This document shows positions 1 to 10,400 of a stretch of 64,000 nt of DNA, one piece after another. How positions within the stretch are numbered: position 1 is the first letter of the stretch; each line of letters begins with the position of its first letter. The DNA comes from Antedon mediterranea (taxonomy: Eukaryota; Animalia; Echinodermata), in the NCBI RefSeq assembly GCF_964355755.1, contig NC_092679.1, positions 8,834,201 to 8,898,200 on the forward strand, read 5' to 3'. The notes under the pieces are model-generated. The model was given only the letters and a program-made list of their open reading frames with translations. It had not been told where the DNA came from and searched no databases. A program made the translations under genes and the position numbers.

Positions 1-955
1 TGTTTTTATGTTAACAAGTTTTTTCGAAAATCAATAAATGGTCTGAAATTTCTCCAAATGCGATTTGAAGCTATTCTGTACACTTTACTGTTTTGTGTGA
101 AAAATGTTTGTCGAAATCCTCAAAATGGTCAAAAACGTTTTTAAATACGATATTAAGCTATTTTGTGCTCTTTGATGTTTTTGTGTGAAAAGTTTTATCG
201 AAATACTCAAAATGGTCTAAAACGGTTTCTAATGTGATTTTAAGCACTTTGATGTTTTTGTGTAACCAAGTTTTTTCGAAAATCACAAAATGGTCTAAAA
301 TGTCTCCAAATGCGATTTGAAGCTATTCTAAGCACTTTGGTGTTTTTATGGAAACAATTTTTTTCGAAAATCACAAAATGGTCTAAAACGTCTCCAATAG
401 CAATTTGAAGTTTTTCTGTACACTTTGGTGTTTTTATGTTAACAAGTTTTTTCGAAAATCACAAAATGGTCTAAAACGTCTCCCAATGCGATTTGAAGCT
501 ATTCTGTACACTTTGATGTTTTTATGTTAACAAGTTTTTTATAAAATCACAAAATGGTCTAAAACGTCTCCAAATGCGATTTGAAGCTATTCTGTACACT
601 TTGATGTTTTTATGTTAACAAGTTTTTTCGAAAATCACAAAATGGTCTAAAACGTCTCCAAATGCGATTTGAAGCTATTTTAAGCACTTTGGTGTTTTTG
701 TGTTCACAAGTTTTTCGAAATGCTCAAAATGGTCTAAAACGTCTCCAAATGCGATTTGAAGCTATTCTAAGCACTTTGGTGTTTTTATGTTAACAAGTTT
801 TTTCGAAAATCACAAAATGGTATAAAACGTCTCCAAATGCGATTTGAAGCTATTCTAAGCACTTTGGTGTTTTTATGTTAACAAGTTTTTTCGAAAATCA
901 CAAAATGGTCTAAAACGTTTCCAAATGCGATTTGAAGCTATTCTGTACACTTTGA

Positions 956-1119
956 TGTTTTGTGTGAAAATTTTCTTTCGAAATGCTCAAAATGGTCAAA
1001 AACGTTTTTAAATACGATATTAAGCTACTTTGTGCTCTTTGATGTTTTTGTGTGAAATGTTTTATCGAAATGCTCAAAATGGTCTAAAACGGTTTCTAAT
1101 GTGATTTCAAGCACTTTGA
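956..1119 (+). repeat. Representative divergent monomer pair (87-bp B monomer + 77-bp C monomer) that recurs throughout the array
   Basis: B reads TGTTTTGTGTGAAAATTTTC..CGAAATGCTC..GGTCAAAAACGTTTTTAAATACGATATTAAGCTACTTTGTGCTCTTTGA. C lacks the 10-bp AAGCTATTCT segment (GTGATTTCAAGCACTTTGA). The two were adjacent in every instance I inspected. Confidence 0.93.
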
Positions 1120-4100
1120 TGTTTTTGTGTAACCAAGTTTTTCGAAAATCACAAAATTGTCTAAAACGTCTCCAAATGCGATTTGAAGCTATTCTGTACA
1201 CTTTGATGTTTTTATGTTAACAAGTTTTTCGAAAATCACAAAATGGTCTAAAACGTCTCCAAATGCGATTTTAAGCTATTCTAAGCACTTTGGTGTTTTT
1301 ATGTTAACAAGTTTTTTGGAAAATCACAAAATGGTCTAAAACGTCTCTAAATGCGATTTGAAGCTTTTCTGTACACTTTGATGTTTTTATGTTAACAACT
1401 TTTTTCGAAAATCACAAAATGGTCTAAAATGTCTCCAAATGCGATTTGAAGCTATTCTAAGCACTTTGGTGTTTTTATGGAAACAATTTTTTTCGAAAAT
1501 CACAAAATGGTCTAAAACGTCTCCAATAGCGATTTGAAGCTTTTCTGTACACTTTGGTGTTTTTATGTTAACAAGTTTTTTCGAAAATCACAAAATGGTC
1601 TAAAACGTCTCCAAATGCGATTTGAAGCTATTCTGTACACTTTGATGTTTTTATGTTAACTAGTTTTTTCGAAAATCACAAAATGGTCTAAAACGTCTAC
1701 AAATGCGATTTGAAGCTATTCTGTACACTTTGATGTTTTTATGTTAACAAGTTTTTTCGAAAATCACAAAATGGTCTAAAACGTTTCCAAATGCGATTTG
1801 AAGCTATTCTGTACACTTTGATGTTTTGTGTGAAAATTTTCTGTCGAAATGCTCAAAATGGTCAAAAACGTTTTTAAATACGATATTAAGCTACTTTGTG
1901 CTCTTTGATGTTTTTGTGTGAAATGTTTTATCGAAATGCTCAAAATGGTCTAAAACGGTTTCTAATGTGATTTCAAGCACTTTGATGTTTTTGTATAACC
2001 AAGTTTTTCGAAAATCACAAAATTGTCTAAAACGTCTCCAAATGCAATTTGAAGCTATTCTGTACACTTTGATGTTTTTATGTTAACAAGTTTTTCGAAA
2101 ATCACAAAATGGTCTAAAACGTCTCCAAATGCGATTTTAAGCTATTCTAAGAACTTTGGTATTTTTATGTTAACAAGTTTTTCGAAAATCACAAAATTGT
2201 CTAAAACGTCTCCAAATGCGATTTGAAGCTATTCTGTACACTTTGATGTTTTTATGTTAACAACTTTTTTCGAAAATCACAAAATGGTCTAAAATGTCTC
2301 CAAAATGCGATTTGAAGTTATTCTAAGCACTTTGGTGTTTTTATGGAAACAATTTTTTTCGAAAATCACAAAATGGTCTAAAACGTCTCCAATAGCGATT
2401 TGAAGCTTTTCTGTACACTTTGGTGTTTTTATGTTAACAAGTTTTTTCGAAAATCACAAAATGGTCTAAAACGTCTACAAATGCGATTTGAAGCTATTCT
2501 AAGCACTTTTGTGTTTTTATGTTAACAAGTTTTTTCGAAAATCACAAAATGGTCTAAAACGTCTGCAAATGCGATTTGAAGCTATTCTTAGCACATTGGT
2601 GTTTTTATTTAAACAAATTTTTTCGAAACTCACAAAATTGTCTAAAACGTCTCCAAATGCGATTTGAAGCTATTCTGTACACTTTGATGTTTTTATGTTA
2701 ACAAGTTTTTCGAAAATCACAAAATGGTCTAAAACGTCTCCAAATGCGATTTTAAGCTATTCTAAGCACTTTGGTGTTTTTATGTTAACAAGTTTTTTTG
2801 AAAATCACAAAATGTTCTAAAACGTCTCTAAATGCGATTTGAAGCTTTTCTGTACACTTTGATGTTTTTATGTTAACAACTTTTTTCGAAAATCACAAAA
2901 TGGTCTAAAATGTCTCCAAAATGCGATTTGAAGTTATTCTAAGCACTTTGGTGTTTTTATGGAAACAATTTTTTTCGAAAATCACAAAATGGTCTAAAAC
3001 GTCTCCAATAGCGATTTGAAGCTTTTCTGTACACTTTGGTGTTTTTATGTTAACAAGTTTTTTCGAAAATCACAAAATGGTCTAAAACGTCTACAAATGC
3101 GATTTGAAGCTATTCTAAGCACTTTTGTGTTTTTATGTTAACAAGTTTTTTCGAAAATCACAAAATGGTCTAAAACGTCTGCAAATGCGATTTGAAGCTA
3201 TTCTTAGCACATTGGTGTTTTTATTTAAACAAATTTTTTCGAAACTCACAAAATGGTCTAAAACGTCTCCAAATGCGATTGCAAGCTATTTTAAGCACTT
3301 TGGTATTTTTGTGTTAACAAGTTTTTCGAAATGCTCAAAATGGTCTAAAACGTTTTTAAACACGATATTAAGCTATTTTGTGCTCTTTGATTTTTTTTGT
3401 GAAAAGTTTTAGCGAAATGCTCAAAATGGTCTAAAACGATTTCTAATGTGATTTTAAGGACTTTGATGTTTTTATGTTAACTAGTTTTTTCGAAAATCAC
3501 AAAATGGTCTAAAACGTCTCCAAATGCGATTTGAAGCTATTTTAAGCACTTAGGTGCTTTTGTGTAACCAAGTTTTTTCGAAAATCACAAAAAGGTCTAA
3601 AATGTCTCCAAATGTGATTTGAAGCTATTTTAAGCACTTTGGTGTTTTTGTGTTAACAAGTTTTTCGAAAATCACAAAATTGTCTAAAACGTCTCCAAAT
3701 GCGATTTGAAGCTATTCTGTACACTTTGATGTTTTTATGTTAACAAGTATTTTAGAAAATCACAAAATGGTCTATAATGTGTCTAAATGCGATTTGAAGC
3801 TATTCTAAGCACTTTGGTGTTTTTGTGTTAACAAGTTTTTCGAAATGCTCAAAATGGTCTAAAACGTCTCCAAATGCGATTTGAAGCTATTCTAAGCACT
3901 TTGGTGTTTTTATGTTAACAAGTTTTTTCGAAAATCACAAAATGGTCTAAAACGTCTCCAAATGCGATTTGAAGCTATTCTGTACACTTTGATGTTTTTA
4001 TGTTAACAAGTTTTTTCGAAAATCACAAAATGGTCTAAAACGTTTCCAAATGCGATTTGAAGCTATTCTGTACACTTTGATGTTTTGTGTGAAAATTTTC

Positions 4101-6821
4101 TGTCGAAATGCTCAAAATGGTCAAAAACGTTTTTAAATACGATATTAAGCTACTTTGTGCTCTTTGATGTTTTTGTGTGAAATGTTTTATCGAAATGCTC
4201 AAAATGGTCTAAAACGGTTTCTAATGTGATTTCAAGCACTTTGATGTTTTTATGTTAACAAGTTTTTTCGAAAATCACAAAATGGTCTAAAACGTTTCCA
4301 AATGCGATTTGAAGCTATTCTGTACACTTTGATGTTTTGTGTGAAAATTTTCTGTCGAAATGCTCAAAATGGTCAAAAACGTTTTTAAATACGATATTAA
4401 GCTACTTCGTGCTCTTTGATGTTTTTGTGTGAAATGTTTTATCGAAATGCTCAAAATGGTCTAAAACGGTTTCTAATGTGATTTCAAGCACTTTGATGTT
4501 TTTGTGTAACCAAGTTTTTCGAAAATCACAAAATTGTCTAAAACGTCTCCAAATGCGATTTGAAGCTATTCTGTACACTTTGATGTTTTTATGTTAACAA
4601 GTATTTTAGAAAATCACAAAATGGTCTATAATGTCTCTAAATGCGATTTGAAGCTATTCTAAGCACTTTGGTGTTTTTATGTTAACAAGTTTTTTCGAAA
4701 ATCACAAAATGGTCTAAAACGTCTCCAAATGCGATTTGAAGCTATTTTAAGCACTTTGGTGTTTTTGTGTTAACAAGTTTTTCGAAATGCTCAAAATGGT
4801 CTAAAACGTATCCAAATGCGATTTGAAGCTATTCTAAGCACTTTGGTGTTTTTATGTTAACAAGTTTTTTCGAAAATCACAAAATGGTCTAAAACGTCTC
4901 CAAATGCGATTTTAAGCTATTCTGTACACTTTGATGTTTTTATGTTAACAAGTTTTTTCGAAAATCACAAAATGGTCTAAAACGTTTCCAAATGCGATTT
5001 GAAGCTATTCTGTACACTTTGATGTTTTGTGTGAAAATTTTCTGTCGAAATGCTCAAAATGGTCAAAAACGTTTTTAAATACGATATTAAGCTACTTTGT
5101 GCTCTTTGATGTTTTTGTGTGAAATGTTTTATCGAAATGCTCAAAATGGTCTAAAACGGTTTCTAATGTGATTTCAAGCACTTTGATGTTTTTGTGTAAC
5201 CAAGTTTTTCGAAAATCACAAAATTGTCTAAAACGTCTCCAAATGCGATTTGAAGCTATTCTGTACACTTTGATGTTTTTATGTTAACAAGTTTTTCGAA
5301 AATCACAAAATGGTCTAAAACGTCTCCAAATGCGATTTTAAGCTATTCTAAGCACTTTGGTGTTTTTATGTTAACAAGTTTTTTTGAAAATCACAAAATG
5401 TTCTAAAACGTCTCTAAATGCGATTTGAAGCTTTTCTGTACACTTTGATGTTTTTATGTTAACAACTTTTTTCGAAAATCACAAAATGGTCTAAAATGTC
5501 TCCAAATGCGATTTGAAGCTATTCTAAGCACTTTGGTGTTTTTATGGAAACAATTTTTTTCGAAAATCACAAAATGGTCTAAAACGTCTACATTAGCGAT
5601 TTGAAGCTTTTCTGTACACTTTGGTGTTTTTATGTTAACAAGTTTTTTCGAAAATCACAAAATGGTCTAAAACGTCTCCAAATGCGATTTGAAGCTATTT
5701 TAAGCACTTTGGTGTTTTTATCTTAACAAGTTTTTTCGAAAATCACAAAATGGTCTAAAACGTCTCCAAATGCGATTTGAAGCTATTCTAAGCACTTTGG
5801 TGTTTTTATGTTAACAAGTTTTTTCAAAAATCACAAAACGGTCTAAAACGTCTCCAAATGCGATTTGAAGCTATTCTGTACACTTTGATGTTTTTATGTT
5901 AACAAGTTTTTTCAAAAATCACAAAATGGTCTAAAACGTTTCCAAATGCGATTTGAAGCTATTCAAATAGCATTTGATGTTTTGTGTGAAAATTTTCTGT
6001 CGAAATGCTCAAAATGGTCAAAAACGTTTTTAAATACGATATTAAGCTACTTTGTGCTCTTTGATGTTTTTGTGTGAAAAGTTTTATCGAAATGCTCAAA
6101 ATGGTCTAAAACGGTTGCTAATGTGATTTCAAGCACTTTGATGTTTTTGTGTAACCAAGTTTTTCGAAAATCACAAAATTGTCTAAAACGTCTCCAAATG
6201 CGATTTGAAGCTATTCTGTACACTTTGATGTTTTTATGTTAACAAGTTTTTCGAAAATCACAAAATGGTCTAAAACGTCTCCAAATGCGATTTGAAGCTA
6301 ATCTTAGCACTTTGGTGTTTTTATGTTAACAAGTTTTTTCGAAAATTACAAAATGGTCTAAAACGTCTCCAAATGCGATTTGAAGCTATTCTGTACACTT
6401 TGATGTTTTTATGTTAACAAGTTTTTTCGAAAATCAAAAATGGTCTAAAACGTCTACAAATGCGATTTGAAGCTATTCTAAGCACTTTTGTGTTTTTATG
6501 TTAACAAGTTTTTTCGAAAATCACAAAATGGTCTAAAACGTCTGCAAATGCGATTTGAAGCTATTCTTAGCACATTGGTGTTTTTATTTAAACAAATTTT
6601 TTCGAAACTCACAAAATGGTCTAAAACGTCTCCAAATGCGATTTGAAGCTATTTTAAGCACTTTGGTGTTTTTGTGTTAACAAGTTTTTCGAAATGCTCA
6701 AAATGGTCTAAAACGTTTTTAAACACGATATTAAGCTATTTTGTGCTCTTTGATGTTTTTTTGTGAAAAGTTTTAGCGAAATGCTCAAAATGGTGTAAAA
6801 CGATTTCTAATGTGATTTTAA

Positions 6822-7448
6822 AGACCCCTTCCCTGCAATTTTGGACGTTTTTTTGGAAAATAATACATATATATCACTTTAAAAACATTAAACCATGTCA
6901 TTCCTTGTCTTAAATGTACGTTTTATGGTAAATTATGATAAAAAGTGAGAAACAATGCACTACCTAAGTAGCTCGCGGCGATCGACCTCTCGTGGACGGT
7001 CTTAGGCCTAGCCTAGCTAGGCTTAGTTTTGTAGGCCTAGCTGGTAAACATCGATAACGTACGAACATCGTACGCTAGCTATATACCTAGCCTGACGTTG
7101 TATAGTTGCTGCATTAATTGTCTTTCTATTTTTGCCAGACTCCGTTGATACAAATTGGGGAAAACCCGGTATTTTCGCTGAAAAGTTAGGAGTCTTCCAT
7201 TTGTTTTGGCTTTACGATCGATCGAAAAGTGGGCGAATTACAGGTGAAAAACAAAAATATCAATCCGCGTGCAATGCATTTTGGGATTTATAGCGGGCCG
7301 CTATAATTATTAGAATCGATTTATTTTTCACATTTTTAACCGTTTAAAGACGAAAAAAGTTATCGCAATATGACCATATAGTATTATTTTTACATTAAAT
7401 ATAGTTTGTGATCTTAAATTAGATCTAAAAAACGTAGGGAATGGGGCT
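6822..7448. mobile_element. Non-autonomous DNA transposon (MITE-like, Kolobok-type), copy 1, 627 bp
   Basis: TTAA at 6818-6821 and 7449-7452, where the empty site is GATT-TTAA-GCAC. The left end AGACCCCTTCCCTGCAATTTT matches the reverse complement of the right end, AGCCCCATTCCCTACGTTTTT, at 16/21. Termini are AG..CT and there is no ORF in the track. Confidence 0.9.
7288..7306. other. Near-perfect palindrome TTATAGCGG-G-CCGCTATAA inside the element (present in all six copies)
   Basis: 9-bp perfect arms with a 1-nt centre, overlapping the end of the ZNF143-like motif. Confidence 0.9.
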
Positions 7449-10400
7449 TTAAGCACTTTGATGTTTTTATGTTAACTAGTTTTTTCGAAAATCACAAAAT
7501 GGTCTAAAACGTCTCCAAATGTAATTTGAAGCTATTCTAAGCACTTGGGTGTTTTTATGTTAACAGTTTTTTCGAAAATCACAAAATGGTCTAAAACGTT
7601 TCCAAATGCGATTTGAAGCTATTCTGTACACTTTGATGCTTTTATGGTAACAAGTTTTTTCAAAAATCACAAAATGGTCTAAAATGTCTCCAAATGCGAT
7701 TTGAAGCTATTCTAAGCACTTTGGTGTTTTTATGGAAACAATTTTTTTCGAAAATCACAAAATGGTCTAAAACGTCTCCAATAGCGATTTGAAGCTTTTC
7801 TGTACACTTTGGTGTTTTTATGTTAACAAGTTTTTTCGAAAATCACAAAATGGTCTAAAACGTTTCCAAATGCGATTTGAAGCTATTCTGTACACTTTGA
7901 TGCTTTTATGGTAACAAGTTTTTTAGAAAATCACAAAATGGTCTAAAACATCTCCAAATGCGATTTAAAGCTATTTTAAGCACTTTTGTGTTTTTGTGTA
8001 ACCAAGTTTTTTCGAAAATCACAAAAGGGTCAAAAATGTCTCTAAATGCGATTTGAAGCTACTCTAAGCACTTTGGTGTTTTTATGTTAACAAGTTTTTT
8101 CGAAAATCACAAAATGGTCTAAAATGTCTCCAAATGCGATTTGAAGCTATTCTGTACACTTTGCTGTTTTGTGTGAAAAATGTTTGTCGAAATCCTCAAA
8201 ATGGTCAAAAACGTTTTTAAATACGATATTAAGCTATTTTTTGCTCTTTGATGTTTTTGTGTGAAAAGTTTTATCGAAATACTCAAAATGGTCTAAAACG
8301 GTTTCTAATGTGATTTTAAACACTTTGATGTTTTTGTGTAACCAAGTTTTTTCGAAAATCACAAAATGGTCTAAAATGTCTCCAAATGCGATTTGAAGCT
8401 ATTCTAAGCACTTTGGTGTTTTTATGAAAACAATTTTTTTCGAAAATCACAAAATGGTCTAAAACGTCTCCAATAGCAATTTGAAGCTTTTCTGTACACT
8501 TTGGTGTTTTTATGTTAACAAGTTTTTTCGAAAATCACAAAATGGTCTAAAACGTCTCCAAATGCGATTTGAAGCTATTCTGTACACTTTGATGTTTTTA
8601 TGTTCACAAGTTTTTTATAAAATCACAAAATGGTATAAAACGTCTCCAAATGCGATTTGAAGCTATTCTGTACACTTTGATGTTTTTATGTTAACAAGTT
8701 TTTTCGAAAATCACAAAAGGGTCTAAAATGTCTCGAAATGCGATTTGAAGCTATTCTAAGCACTTTGGTGTTTTTATGTTAACAAGTTTTTTCGAAAATC
8801 ACAAAATGGTCTAAAACGTCTCCAAATGCGATTTGAAGCTATTCTAAGCACTTTGGTGTTTTTATGTTAACAAGTTTTTTCGAAAATCACAAAATGGTCT
8901 AAAACGTCTCCAAATGCGATTTGAAGCTGTTTTAAGCACTTTGGTGCTTTTGTGTAACCAAGTTTTTTCGAAAATCACGAAATGGTCTAAAACGTCTCCA
9001 AATGCGATTTGAAGCTATTCTAAGCACTTTGGTGTTTTTACGTTAACAAGTTTTTTCGAAAATCACAAAATGGTCTAAAACGTCTCCAAATGCGATTTGA
9101 AGCTATTCTGTACACTTTGATGTTTTTATGTTAAAAAGTTTTTTCGAAAATCACAAAATGGTCTAAAACATCTACAAATGCGATTTGAAGCTATTCTGTA
9201 CACTTTGATGTTTTTATGTTAACAAGTTTTTTCGAAAATCACAAAATGGTCTAAAACGTTTCCAAATGCGATTTGAAGCTATTCTGTACACTTTTATGTT
9301 TTGTGTGAAAATTTTCTGTCGAAATGCTCAAAATGGTCAAAAACGTTTTTAAATACGATATTAAGCTACTTTGTGCTCTTTGATGTTTTTATGTGAAATG
9401 TTTTATCGAAATGCTCAAAATGGTCTAAAACGGTTTCTAATGTGATTTCAAGCACTTTGATGTTTTTGTGTAACCAAGTTTTTTCGAAAATCACAAAATG
9501 GTCTAAAACGTCTCCAAATGCGATTTGAAGCTATTTTAAGCACTTTGGTGCTTTTGTGTAACCAAGTTTTTTCGAAAATCACGAAATGGTCTAAAACGTC
9601 TCCAAATGCGATTTGAAGCTATTCTAAGCACTTTGGTGTTTTTACGTTAACAAGTTTTTTCGAAAATCACAAAATGGTCTAAAACGTCTCCAAATGCGAT
9701 TTGAAGCTATTCTGTACACTTTGATGTTTTTATGTTAACAAGTTTTTTCGAAAATCACAAAATGGTCTAAAACGTCTCCAAATGCGATTTAAAGCTATTT
9801 TAAGCACTTTTGTGTTTTTGTGTAACCAAGTTTTTTCGAAAATCACAAAAGGGTCTAAAATTTCTGTAAATGCGATTTGAAGCTATTTAAAGCACTTTGG
9901 TGTTTTTAGGTTAACAAGTTTTTTCGAAAATCACAAAATGGTCTAAAACGTCTACAAATGCGATTTGAAGCTATTCTAAGCACTTTTGTGTTTTTATGTT
10001 AACAAGTTTTTTCGAGAATCACAAAATGGTCTAAAACGTCTCCAAATGCGATTTGAAGCTATTTTAAGCACTTTGGTGTTTTTGTGTTAACAAGTTTTTC
10101 GAAATGCTCAAAATGGTCTAAAACGTCTTCAAATGCGATTTGAAGCTATTCTAAGCACTTTGGTGTTTTTATGTTAACAAGTTTTTTCGAAAATCACAAA
10201 ATGGTATAAAACGTCTCCAAATGCGATTTGAAGCTATTCTAAGCACTTTGGTGTTTTTATGTTAACAAGTTTTTTCGAAAATCATAAAATGGTCTAAAAC
10301 GTTTCCAAATGCGATTTCAAGCTATTCTGTACACTTTGATGTTTTGTGTGAAAATTTTCTTTCGAAATGCTCAAAATGGTCAAAAACGTTTTTAAATACG

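Noticed and set aside
3125-3412. 95-aa ORF and its copies at 28815, 41346 and 56323
   Set aside because: TTG-initiated read-through of about three satellite monomers, with repetitive SKWSK peptides reflecting the 88-bp repeat. The copies are similar only because the satellite block is duplicated.
6822-7448. piggyBac assignment for the element
   Set aside because: The TSD is TTAA, but empty-site comparison places the termini at AG..CT, not the CC..GG ends typical of piggyBac.
6822-7448. SINE, tRNA, 5S, snRNA gene or retroviral solo LTR
   Set aside because: No recognisable A/B boxes, cloverleaf, poly(A) tail or TG..CA ends. TIRs plus a TTAA duplication explain the boundaries. An Rfam search was not possible.
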